DNA from: an uncultured Thermoleophilia bacterium
Lineage (GTDB): Bacteria; Actinomycetota; Thermoleophilia; RBG-16-64-13
Direction of reading: 5' to 3'
Length of the DNA stretch: 64,000 nucleotides
NCBI GenBank assembly: GCA_963749535.1
Contig: CAVVNF010000021.1
Span: 3,413 to 67,412 of the forward strand
Shown piece by piece: positions 1 to 9,334 of this stretch. Within the stretch, counting starts at the first letter, position 1, and each line of letters starts with the position of its first letter. The notes under the pieces are model-generated. The model had not been told where the DNA came from and searched no databases. It was given only the letters and a program-made list of their open reading frames with translations. Both the position numbers and the translations under genes were made by a program.

Positions 1-137
1 ACGACGGTGAGGTTGCTAAGACCAAGCTTGGGATATTCATACGTTCTCAATGACCGCTCCTTGCGAATGCATTTGGTCATCGTAGTGGCATCATTCGCGG
101 CCTGTATGCTTCTCTTAATCTACCAAAGGATAGAGCC

Positions 138-923
138 ATGCCAGACACGTCGAGCCTCGATCCGGGTGCGCTGTCCAAGCACGCGGCACGCAACAGAGAC
201 CAGTGGGATAGCGACAGCGACACCTACCAGGCGGACCACGGTCCGCAGCTGGCCGCGTCCGGAGGTCTGGCTTGGGGAGTGTGGCAGATTCCCGAAAAGG
301 AACTGGGTGCGCTCGGCGACGTTGCGGGGCGCGACATCCTCGAGTTGGGATGTGGCGCCGCTCAATGGTCGATCGCCTTGGCCAAGACCGGCGCTAATCC
401 GGTGGGCCTCGATATCTCGGAGAACCAACTTGCGCATGCCCGTAAGCTCATGGCGGAGGCGGGCGTCGAGTTCCCTCTCGTGCACGCAAGCGCTGAAGCC
501 GTGCCGCTTCCGGACGAGAGCTTCGACGTAGTCTTCTGCTGCCACGGGGCGATGACGTTCGCCGATCCCTACGCGACTGTGCCGGAAGCATCACGTCTCC
601 TGCGATCGGGAGGGCTCCTGGTCTTTAACGGCGCCACTCCGATACTCCACATGTGCTATCCCGACGGCGCCGACCATCCCGAAGACCGACTGCTCGTCGA
701 CTATTTCGGGATGTGGGAGTTCCGGTACGACGACTACGTGGAATTCATGCTTCCTTACGGAGCATGGATCCGGCTTTTCCGCGCCCACGGCTTCGCGATA
801 GAGGACCTTATCGAGCTGCGGCCGGGCCCGAACGCCACGAGCAGCTTCTGCGACGACGAGGACAGGGAATGGTACCGCCGCTGGCCAGGCGAGCAGATCT
901 GGAAGGTTCGCAAAGAAGGATAG
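138..923 (+). CDS. class I SAM-dependent methyltransferase
   Basis: 261-aa ORF. It has SAM-binding motif I (DILELGCGAAQWSIALAKTGANPVGLDIS) and typical class I MTase length and layout. Confidence 0.85.
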   Translation: MPDTSSLDPGALSKHAARNRDQWDSDSDTYQADHGPQLAASGGLAWGVWQIPEKELGALGDVAGRDILELGCGAAQWSIALAKTGANPVGLDISENQLAHARKLMAEAGVEFPLVHASAEAVPLPDESFDVVFCCHGAMTFADPYATVPEASRLLRSGGLLVFNGATPILHMCYPDGADHPEDRLLVDYFGMWEFRYDDYVEFMLPYGAWIRLFRAHGFAIEDLIELRPGPNATSSFCDDEDREWYRRWPGEQIWKVRKEG

Positions 924-996
924 GGCACGTATCATCCGAGCCGCCCCGGTTGATAGCATAGGCAGCCGGTACTGTCTTCTGTACGGACGGTCGCTC

Positions 997-1839
997 ATGA
1001 TGGGAAGACGTCGATCGAACGTTGCGCGGCTCCGCCTGGGATTCACGGAGCGCTACGGCACCTGGGCGTTGATTGCCGGTGCCTCCGAAGGCCTCGGCGC
1101 TGCCTACGCCAAGGCGTTGGCGGAACGCGGCATGAACCTCCTCCTGGTGGCGCGACGCAGGGCCCCGCTCAACCAACTCGCCGAACACCTCCGCGGCACC
1201 TTCGGCGTCGAGGTCCGCTGCTGCGAGGGTGATCTCGCGGATCCGGCGTTTCTGGAAACGCTGCATGCCACCTGTTCTGGCCTCGAGATCAGCCTCATCG
1301 TGTGCAACGCCGCGCAAGCACCGATCGGCGAGTTCGCGTCCCGGGATGTGGACGAGCTCATGCGCGTGGTCGATGTCAACGTGCGGGCCCCGGTGGCGCT
1401 GCTCCGGGCGTTTCTGCCCGATATGACGGCGCGCGGTCGGGGCGCGGTCGTGATCATGACCTCTCTCACGGGCAACCAGGGTACGCCAAGGATCGCGGCC
1501 TATGCGGCGAGCAAAGCCTTTGCGCGGGTGCTCGCCGAAAGTCTGTGGTTCGAGCTGAAGGACCACGGGATAGACGTGGTCGCGTGCTGCGCCGGGGCGG
1601 TCCGCACGCCCGGGTATGCGATGGCGGCCGGCAAGGACGCCCCGGGGACTCTCGATGCGGAGAAGGTCGTGGAGCGAGCTCTTCGCGCGCTCGGCCATGG
1701 ACCCGTGGTGATTCCCGGGTTCGTCAACCGAGCCGCCACTGTGTTCATGACGCGCCTGCTGCCTCGGCGAACGGCCATCGCAATCATGGGAACGTCCACC
1801 GACAGCCTCGCCGAGCTGAGGGAAACAAAGGGCTCCTAA
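997..1839 (+). CDS. short-chain dehydrogenase/reductase (SDR) family oxidoreductase
   Basis: 280-aa ORF. It has the Rossmann motif LIAGASEGLGAAYAKAL and the catalytic YAASK (YxxxK). Confidence 0.85.
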   Translation: MMGRRRSNVARLRLGFTERYGTWALIAGASEGLGAAYAKALAERGMNLLLVARRRAPLNQLAEHLRGTFGVEVRCCEGDLADPAFLETLHATCSGLEISLIVCNAAQAPIGEFASRDVDELMRVVDVNVRAPVALLRAFLPDMTARGRGAVVIMTSLTGNQGTPRIAAYAASKAFARVLAESLWFELKDHGIDVVACCAGAVRTPGYAMAAGKDAPGTLDAEKVVERALRALGHGPVVIPGFVNRAATVFMTRLLPRRTAIAIMGTSTDSLAELRETKGS

Positions 1840-1849
1840 TGACCACTTC

Positions 1850-2927
1850 GTGAGCGGCTTTTTCGCGCCCTGGATCATCTGCGCATTCATCCTGGCTCTT
1901 CATCTCGTCCTGCCCGCACGGAAGGTGGTCGGCTACGTCCACGATCCGCTTACCGACAAGCCCCTGGAATACCGGCTCAACGGGCCGCTGGTGCTGACCG
2001 CGCTCGTCGTGCTCTGGGCAGTGACGGGTGGCACGGGCGTTTTCGCCTGGGACTGGCTGTATGTTCACCGCTGGCCGGGCCTGGCGGGTTCATGCATCCT
2101 GGGACTGGCCTTCAGCCTCGCGATGGTGCTGTCGGCCTCGGGCAGCGGCCGCCCGTTCCTGGTCGATCTGTACCTAGGCCGCTCGGAGAACCGGCAATTC
2201 TTCAAGGCCAAGGTGGACGCCAAGATGTTCCTCTACTTGGTGGGCGCGGCCATGCTGGCTTTGAACCTCCTCTCCTTCGTGGCGCACCACATCCTGACAT
2301 TCGGATCGAGCGCTCTCGCCCGGGGTCCTGCTGTACTGCTTCCTCTTCTTCTGGTTCATCGTGGACTACCTCGTATTCGAGAACGTGCACCTCTACACGT
2401 ACGACATCTTCGCGGAACGCGTCGGGTTCAAGCTCGGCTGGGGCTGCTTCACCTTCTACCCGTACTTCTATGTGGTGGGGCTCTGGGCGACGGCCAACCT
2501 GCCCGATCCCCACACATCCTCGGGGCTGCTTGTCGCTATTCGCCATCGTCTTCTTCGCCGGCTGGACCCTGTCGCGGGGCGCCAACATGCAGAAATACTT
2601 CTTTAAGACCGACCCTCAGCGCGCGCTCCTCGGCTTCATCAAACCGAAGAGCTCTGAGCGACGGCGAGAATTCACTCCTATACAGCGGATTCTGGGCGGT
2701 TTCCCGACACGTGAACTATCTCGGCGAGATCCTGATGGCGACCGGGCTGACCCTGGTCCTTGGGCTGGCCCGGTCTGTGGGTGGTCTGGCTCTATCCCCT
2801 GTATTACGTGGCGCTGCTCGTCCCGCGGGAGCGCGCCGACGAGCGGCGGTGCGCCGCAAAGTACGGCGCCTTATGGACGGAGTACGTACGGCGCGTGCCG
2901 CGGCGGATCATTCCCTGGGTCTACTGA
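1850..2927 (+). pseudogene. ERG4/ERG24-family sterol reductase-like membrane protein, about four frameshifts as assembled
   Basis: Family-typical sequence runs on across changing frames. 1850-~2310: LYLGRSENRQFFKAKVDAKMFLY. ~2298-2520: FIVDYLVFENVHLYTYDIFAERVGFKLGWGCFTFYPYFY. ~2520-2650: FFAGWTLSRGANMQKYFFKTDP. ~2650-2770: LLYSGFWAVSRHVNYLGEILMATG. ~2760-2927: WLYPLYYVALLVPRERADERRCAAKYGALWTEYVRRVPRRIIPWVY then TGA. Confidence 0.7.
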
Positions 2928-3088
2928 GTTCCCTGAGCGCAAGAATCTAGCTTGCTCTCTCTGTGTCCCTAGCAGCCCTTGACCCGACGAAGACGCTTCT
3001 CTTCGTACATCATCGCGTCCGCTCGTTGGAGCAGCTCCTCAATGGGGAGAGGGGCTTGTGGATCGTAGCTAGCCGCACCGACGCTGAG

Positions 3089-4933
3089 CTACAACGTGAA
3101 GGGTAGATCGGCGGACCGGTTGTGCTCTTCCACGACGTCATTCAGACGATTCAGGATCACCCGCTCTGTTTCGGGATCGCTCTTTGCGATCAGGACGACA
3201 AACTCGTCGCCGCCCAGTCGGGCCAGAATGTCCGCCGCTCGGAAGGTCTGACGCAAGACCTGCGCGGTCTGGCGGAGTGCGCGGTCGCCTTCTCTGTGGC
3301 CGAGTTCGTCGTTGATCGCCTTCATGCCATCGAGGTCGATGTACAAGAGCGACGCTCCGTGCCCCGCGCGATCACAGACTTTCAGCTGTTGCTGGGCAAG
3401 CAGTGTGAATCCCCGCCGGTTGTTCAGGCCGGTCAGCTGATCGACGAGCGCGAGGGATCGCAGCCTCTCTTCGGCCAGCCGGTGCTCGGTGATGTCGCGG
3501 ACTACCAGTTGGACCACGGCGGTTCCCCCCGTCAAGAAGACACGGCTCCATAGCATGTCCACCGACACGGGCTTTGCGTCGGCTGTGACCAACTCGGCAC
3601 TGGACAGGAACGCGCTGCCCTTCTCCAGGGTTGTAGTAAGGGCGTTCTTCATGCGCCGAGTCCGGTTCGGCGCCACCAGGCTGATGACGCTCTTCCCGTG
3701 CATCTCTTCCGCGGTCATGCGCAGCATGCTCAGCGCCTTGCGGTTCATCTCGACGATCACACCACGCTCGTCAAGGATCAGGATGGCGTCACCGGCCTCG
3801 TTGATCAGCACGCGGTATTTCTCCTCGGACACCCGAAGTGCGTCCCGTGCGCTGACCAATTCCTCGAAGGACCGCGCGTTGCTTACCGCCAACGCCAGGA
3901 CGCGGGCCAGGCCGATGGCGAGGTTCAGATAGCGGTCCCCGTATCGTGGAAAGTAGAAGTCTCCGGCGGTGAGAATCCCGAGGGGCTCCCCCGGCTGCCC
4001 GACCTTGACCCAAAAGGTCGTGCCTTCATCGTTCCAGCCGTACTCTGCGGCAGACCCCAAAGCCTGCGCGATCAGCGGGCCGTCCGCCTCAGCCGCCCGC
4101 TCAACGGGAACATATGCGGAATCCCGGCTGCCGAAGAGCCGCGTGGCGAGATCCGCGATCCCCAAAGTCAATTGATCTTCGGAACGCACTGAGGCCATCT
4201 GGGCGAGTAGGTCCATAGCCATCGCATAGTCGGCGAGCTCGGTGCGCAGGTCCTCATCGGTCGCGGCCGGAGACTCCACCAACGAGCCCGTCGGTCCTAC
4301 GGTCGCCTCCGACCGGCATTGCTCGAGGCGCCACTCCGCCACCGTCCTGGCCAAGAACAAGCGAACGTAACCGAGGCTCAGCGGGAAATGTTGGGATGGG
4401 AGCCCGAGGAAAGCGGCCACCTCCGTCAGACGTTGGCCGCTCTCCGGATCCACCTGTGTGTCGAGTAAGACCATCGACGAGCAGCAGTCGTGAAAGAACT
4501 CGCGCGCCTGCTCCTGGGAGAACCCCCAGCCTGCCATCCTCTCCGGCCAGTGAGACAGCCATCCGGGAGTGACCACGTACGCGCCTTCGGCGATCAACGA
4601 GCTCAGGAGCTCCCCGTCGGCCAGCGGTCCCCAGCAGTGCTCGGTGGCCACGATCCTCAGCCCCTCGTCCCAAAGATCGGAGAAATCCTCGCCGGTGACG
4701 CAGGGCCCTCCGACAGCCACCACCCGTTTGTACCTGCGAAGCAGATCGTCCGCTTGCTCGCGGAACGCCGCCGCCTGGGTGATCCCCCCAAGACAGCGAG
4801 CTCGGAGGGGTACTACGTCGACGTTGTCCAGCCCTTCCGCTGCCAGGGCGTCGGCCACTTCCATCCCGATGTTCTCGCAGTACACCAGGCAGAGGCCGCC
4901 GCGAGAGCCGGAGCTGTCCTCAGACGTCCTCAC
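3089..4933 (-). CDS. signalling protein: DUF1638-like N-domain, PAS and GGDEF diguanylate cyclase. It ends at an in-frame TAG, and the frame continues to 2969.
   Basis: 614-aa ORF. The N-terminal ~200 aa resemble DUF1638 (AYVVTPGWLSHWPERM). A PAS-like segment follows (ILILDERGVIVEMNRKALSMLRMTAEEMHGKSV). The GGDEF domain has an intact active site (RLGGDEFVVLI) and an RxxD I-site (RAAD) 5 residues upstream. The last ~39 aa of the domain (LSVGAASYDPQAPLPIEELLQRADAMMYEEKRLRRVKGC) lie in frame after TAG 3089-3091. Confidence 0.8.
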   Translation of the reverse strand: MRTSEDSSGSRGGLCLVYCENIGMEVADALAAEGLDNVDVVPLRARCLGGITQAAAFREQADDLLRRYKRVVAVGGPCVTGEDFSDLWDEGLRIVATEHCWGPLADGELLSSLIAEGAYVVTPGWLSHWPERMAGWGFSQEQAREFFHDCCSSMVLLDTQVDPESGQRLTEVAAFLGLPSQHFPLSLGYVRLFLARTVAEWRLEQCRSEATVGPTGSLVESPAATDEDLRTELADYAMAMDLLAQMASVRSEDQLTLGIADLATRLFGSRDSAYVPVERAAEADGPLIAQALGSAAEYGWNDEGTTFWVKVGQPGEPLGILTAGDFYFPRYGDRYLNLAIGLARVLALAVSNARSFEELVSARDALRVSEEKYRVLINEAGDAILILDERGVIVEMNRKALSMLRMTAEEMHGKSVISLVAPNRTRRMKNALTTTLEKGSAFLSSAELVTADAKPVSVDMLWSRVFLTGGTAVVQLVVRDITEHRLAEERLRSLALVDQLTGLNNRRGFTLLAQQQLKVCDRAGHGASLLYIDLDGMKAINDELGHREGDRALRQTAQVLRQTFRAADILARLGGDEFVVLIAKSDPETERVILNRLNDVVEEHNRSADLPFTL

Positions 4934-5552
4934 TCACCCACTCCAGGGGGTAGCGACCCCAGCGCGATACCGCTTCGGCTACCGTCTCGAGCGTCTCTTC
5001 GGGCACCTGCCAGGGTATCTCTCCGTGGTTGTCCGCCAGTATGAAGCCGCCCCCGCGGCCCGCCGTAGCAATCGCCGATTTGACCTCCGACTCGGTCTGC
5101 TCCGGGCCCCAATGCCGCATCTGGATGCCGTTGAGATTGCCAATGAGCGTCAGGCGGCCTGCGCTGGCCTGCTTCAGCTCGGCCAGATCCTCCTCTGCGC
5201 TGACCCCGACAATCGCGGTGCCAGTTGTCGCAAGGTCGTCCATGATAGCGAGGCAGCGCCCCGAGGCGAGGTGAGTGGCGGTGGGGCCGTGGATCCGCCC
5301 GAGTGTGCGCTGCGCCACAAGCATGCCGGTGCGCCTATAGAACTCGGGCGGGACGATAGTCGGACTGGCTACCGGGTCGAAGTAGACGATGGCCGTAGCG
5401 CCTGCCTGCAACTGCGCGTTCGCCCAGGCGACCTCGAACTCTTCGTTGACTTCCATCAGGCGCTTGAAAAGCTCCGGTCGTTCGAGCATAACATCGAGGT
5501 AGTTGTCGAAACCCAGTTGCATCACGGGCAAAGAGAACGGCGACATGACCAC
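4920..5552 (-). pseudogene. URO-D (MtaA/CmuA-like) family methyltransferase, C-terminal ~2/3 only
   Basis: 210-aa ORF. It starts mid-domain (IPIIGVVMSPFSLPVMQLGFDNYLDVMLERPE when read upstream in frame) and ends GGGFILADNHGEIPWQVPEETLETVAEAV. The N-terminal ~120 aa of the fold are missing. It overlaps the downstream GGDEF gene by 14 nt. Confidence 0.6.
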
Positions 5553-5920
5553 GCCGATGATAGGTATCCCGCAGCGCGCAGTACGGAGATCACGATGCGC
5601 TTGCCCAGACTGTGGTGATCGAGCAACACCCCAATGGCCACGGTTGCTGTCGCCGTCCCTTCCGCCGTGCGGGCGAAGGTGCGCGCTCCCGCCAATTCCT
5701 CACATATGCGGCTGGCCGTGTAGACCTGGGAAAGCGAGTAGCGGCCCGTCTCCCATCCTGCGCCGACAGACTCCAAGGCAGGAACGATCAGATCTTCCGC
5801 TGGACCGTCGCCCACCTCACCGTCACGAAAACCGTCGAACAAGTGTCGCGCGGCCACCCTGTTCATGTCCAAGAGGGCCTCGACGAATTCCAGAATGACG
5901 TCGCCTTCAGATGTCTGCAC
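5522..5920 (-). pseudogene. cobalamin-binding corrinoid protein, N-terminal fragment (cap helices plus first Rossmann strand)
   Basis: 132-aa ORF. It has a B12-binding cap region and the DxHxxG motif (VLLDHHSLGKRIVISVLRAAGY). It then runs straight into the URO-D fragment at ~5565 with a 1-nt frame offset. The rest of the B12-binding domain is missing. Confidence 0.6.
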
Positions 5921-6324
5921 CCAAGACCTCGCTTCCCGGTCCCGCCGGTATCAGCGACGGTGAACTTCCCCATGCATCGAGGTCCTCGTCCAAGCTTCCG
6001 CGTGGGCGATCGCCTACGGTTAGTACCCACATTTGTGCATTACCCTAACTGGCGTGAGGCAAGAGCCCGGACGGCCGCCGATCAAGAGACATGGGCACCA
6101 TTCTGCGCCGGAGGCCCAAAGTCATCATCCGCCGACCGCTCGGAGAACGCGTCCTAGTTCAGTGGCGCCCCCTCCTAACGCCGGACTCGTAGTAGCGCCT
6201 CGACGATCTGAGGATCGAACTGCCGGAAAGCACCCGCGCCGTGCAGGCAGCGAACAAGCCACTCGCTCCGAGAAGAGCTCCCCACTGTGGAGCTTGGAAG
6301 CTACCGAAGGGGCTTCCGACCAAG

Positions 6325-6987
6325 TTAGACGAGACGATTACTGTCGCTATCGGACCTTGGTTGCATCCGCTGTTCCTCGGTGGCCAGAGCTTGATGGCTC
6401 CATAGTCCTTCCCTCAGCGTCTCGGCGAACTGCTTGTTCTTTTCGGCACGCTCCTTGCGGCTCTTGATAAGGTCACGGGCCTCTTTCTCAACGCTGCTAT
6501 TGATTTCCTCAATCGCCTTGTTTAGGTCCTCAACAGCCACGATCACTTTCTTCACGTCTTCGCGGTAATAGAACTTCACGCTTGCCTCGTCAAGCCGCTC
6601 CATCGTGTACACGAGCCAAGCCTCATCGTCGCCCACTTGCAGGAGCCCATAGAGTGCTGCTGGATTACGCGCGGGCACATACTCCAGAACATGAGGATCG
6701 CCAGACGCGGGAAAGCTGAACCAAACCGAAGTCTTCTCGACACCTGACTCGAAGAGTGGCTGCGCCATAACCTGCGTCACGGCAGGGTCGAAGTCGATCG
6801 AGAACCCATTCTGTTTCACGTACCTTTCGAAATGGTCTTGCACCATTCCATTCAGTTCCACGATCGAGTGCTCGAGGAGGCTCGCTGGAGATATTCCATT
6901 GATCCATGTCGTCATGTGGCCCATTCGGGAGCTCCATAGATCCTTTGGAGACTTCCGAAAGAACCCAAGTTCGGCGGTTGTCGTCAC
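6325..6987 (-). CDS. hypothetical protein (no family recognised)
   Basis: 220-aa ORF with a coiled-coil-like Lys/Glu-rich C-terminus. It sits in a segment of visibly lower G+C flanked by ~400 bp and ~280 bp of non-coding DNA. Confidence 0.55.
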   Translation of the reverse strand: MTTTAELGFFRKSPKDLWSSRMGHMTTWINGISPASLLEHSIVELNGMVQDHFERYVKQNGFSIDFDPAVTQVMAQPLFESGVEKTSVWFSFPASGDPHVLEYVPARNPAALYGLLQVGDDEAWLVYTMERLDEASVKFYYREDVKKVIVAVEDLNKAIEEINSSVEKEARDLIKSRKERAEKNKQFAETLREGLWSHQALATEEQRMQPRSDSDSNRLV

Positions 6988-7263
6988 GTCGATCCTTCCC
7001 TAGTTCTTACCCTTGCTAGAGCACAAACAGGAAACTACACCTAGCTTGACTTTAAGTCGAGAAAGCGAAGACCCCGGCGCCACGTACAGCCCCGAGTCTT
7101 CTTCTTCCCACGCGCCATGTCGGGGCGAGGAAGCGGTGGGGGCGGTCCTGCAGAGTGACGGTCTCCGCGGGGCCGTTTGAAGACATCCCTACGATCCGAA
7201 TGGATTCGTCCTAGTGCCCTCGCGTCGTTTCTCGTATGAAGACGCCGGGGAAGATCGCTCGCC

Positions 7264-8229
7264 TCACGACATGAGCGGCTCCAGATCTGCGTAGAACCGG
7301 GCCTCGTTGATGTGAGTGAGCACAGCCTTCTCCAACGGCATCACGCCGAAGTCGTAGTCTTCCTTGGCCAGGGCGCTGCTGTACCTCCAGGGCAATTCGC
7401 AGTCCTCGGATTCGGTACCATAGCTGATGACCGCATCGGGGATGAACTTCTTGACCACCGCGCCGACGTCCTTGAGACTGTATGGGGGTCCGCCGAGGTT
7501 ATAGGCCGAATGGGGCGACGAGGTGGTCTTGAGGACTCTGCGGGTGAACTCGGCCACATCGTCGGATAGGACGAGCGAGAAACGCCAGTCGCCGGTGCAT
7601 TCGAGATTCACCGGCTTGCCGATCGCTGGCAACGAGACGATCTCGGAGAACCACCTTACGAACTTCGGGTCTTTGCCGCCGTGACCGTATCCGATGCCGG
7701 GACGGAGGGCCGTCGACTCGATGCCGTAGAGCTCGCGGTACTGCTCTCCCATCACCTCGGCCAGGCACTTGGCAAGAGCGTAAAAACTGCCGGTGAAAGG
7801 CATTAGCCGCACATCCTCCGTGACATCCCTATCGCCGTAGTCTTTCTGCTCGCCGTACACAGTCTCAGAGCTCGCATATACCACGCGTTTGATCCCAAGG
7901 AGACGAGCCGTTTCCCAAACATTGCAGGCACCGAGAAGCCCGACCCTCGTGTTGAGCCGGGGATTGGGAGCCTTGGATAAGATCATGGCCCAGTTCACGA
8001 TGCGATCTACGCCGTTGTCATATGCCGCGTTCATGACGTCTTCCAAGTGCCCGATGTCTCCAGGCACGAACTTGAACCGACTGGCGTAAGGCTCGATGGC
8101 CCTGTAGAAGCTCGCCGGAGGACGGACCACATCCATGGAGACGACCTTGTCGAACCCCTCGTCCTGCAGCAGGGTCGAGCAAGTCTTCTTGCCGAAGAGG
8201 CCGCTCCCGCCGATCACCAGAGCTCTCAT
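7264..8229 (-). CDS. NAD-dependent epimerase/dehydratase family protein (extended SDR)
   Basis: 321-aa ORF with N-terminal MRALVIGGSGLFGKK (GxxGxxG), a YALAK catalytic motif and typical length. Confidence 0.85.
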   Translation of the reverse strand: MRALVIGGSGLFGKKTCSTLLQDEGFDKVVSMDVVRPPASFYRAIEPYASRFKFVPGDIGHLEDVMNAAYDNGVDRIVNWAMILSKAPNPRLNTRVGLLGACNVWETARLLGIKRVVYASSETVYGEQKDYGDRDVTEDVRLMPFTGSFYALAKCLAEVMGEQYRELYGIESTALRPGIGYGHGGKDPKFVRWFSEIVSLPAIGKPVNLECTGDWRFSLVLSDDVAEFTRRVLKTTSSPHSAYNLGGPPYSLKDVGAVVKKFIPDAVISYGTESEDCELPWRYSSALAKEDYDFGVMPLEKAVLTHINEARFYADLEPLMS

Positions 8230-8341
8230 ATCAAACCTCCAGCTTCGATCGGTTTACTGTTCGCAAGAAACGGGGGCCGGCCGGTCCCGCACCTTGGGAA
8301 CCTCCCCGGCCCTGCATTCAGACTTGCGCGCTTTTCCGAAC

Positions 8342-9334
8342 TCAGGCCCGGGATCGCAACTTGTCTCTCTTCTTGATGCACTCCTTCACCGAGACAACCA
8401 GGTCCTGGGCGCTGAGTGCGAAGTGCTCCATCAGCTCGTCCCTTTCCCCGATTATCAGCCCCGACTGCCCGAACTCATCTTCCACACCGACCTTCACGAG
8501 AGGCGTGGGGAGGTTCTCGGACAGAACGCAAGCCACTGCGTCGCCCAAACCGTTGATGTCGCTGCAATTCTCGGCCGTGACGATCGCGCCGGTGCGCGCA
8601 ACTGCCTCGATGATGGCCTCTTCGTCGATAGGCTTGATGGTGCAGACGTTGAGGAGGCCCACGTCAAGGCCCTCTTTCTCCAGCATCTCGACCGCTTTTA
8701 TGGCCTCGGTGACCATGTAGCCGGTAGCGACGATGGTCGCGTCCTTACCGTCCCTCAGCAAGTACGCCTTGCCGATATCGAAGGGGTAGTCGTCGGTGAA
8801 GATCGTGAAGGGATCCGGGCTCAGTTCCTGGCGGATCATCACCGGCCCGATGTACTGCATCATCGCCTCGGTCGCCTTCTCGGCCTCGACTGCATCCGCC
8901 GGGTTCATAATCACGAGGTTGGGAAGGACACGCAGGCTGCCAATCCCCTCGACAGTGGCATGCGAGACGCCCACTTCTCCCCATACGCCCTCCCGCGCGA
9001 TGAACTTCACATTGAAACGGTCGACCAGGATACTCTGCCGGATCTGGTTGTACGCCCGGCTCATGCTCGCGAACAGGAAGTTGTTCAGCACCGGGACGAA
9101 GCCCTCGGCGGCCAGAGCCGCCGCCACGCAGGCCCCGTTCTGCTCGGCGATGCCGCACTCGATCATGCGGTCGAACATGTTGTCGGTGAACCACTCGATC
9201 TCGGGGAACTGCATGTCCTCGAGTATGGCGAGGGCCTTCGGATCCTTAAGGAAAGCGGCCTTGATGGCTTTGCCGATCCCCTTGCCCGTCATGGCGGGCT
9301 CGCCGATCGCCACATGCTTATTCCACGTCGCCAT
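8342..9334 (-). CDS. transketolase, C-terminal (pyrimidine-binding/C-domain) subunit
   Basis: 330-aa ORF with FTDNMFDRMIECGIAEQNGACVAAALAAEGFVPV, typical of split transketolase subunit B. It overlaps the N-subunit gene by 17 nt. Confidence 0.85.
   Translation of the reverse strand: MATWNKHVAIGEPAMTGKGIGKAIKAAFLKDPKALAILEDMQFPEIEWFTDNMFDRMIECGIAEQNGACVAAALAAEGFVPVLNNFLFASMSRAYNQIRQSILVDRFNVKFIAREGVWGEVGVSHATVEGIGSLRVLPNLVIMNPADAVEAEKATEAMMQYIGPVMIRQELSPDPFTIFTDDYPFDIGKAYLLRDGKDATIVATGYMVTEAIKAVEMLEKEGLDVGLLNVCTIKPIDEEAIIEAVARTGAIVTAENCSDINGLGDAVACVLSENLPTPLVKVGVEDEFGQSGLIIGERDELMEHFALSAQDLVVSVKECIKKRDKLRSRA

Noticed and set aside
3089-3091. Pyrrolysine decoding of the in-frame TAG, suggested by the corrinoid/methyltransferase context.
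   Set aside because: No pyl genes or MttB/MtbB/MtmB-type genes occur in the window. TAG serves as the ordinary stop for many genes here (for example at 921-923, 11496-98, 14637-39 and 15625-27), and this gene's own final stop is also TAG. A nonsense mutation or error is more parsimonious. It is kept only as a test in the findings.
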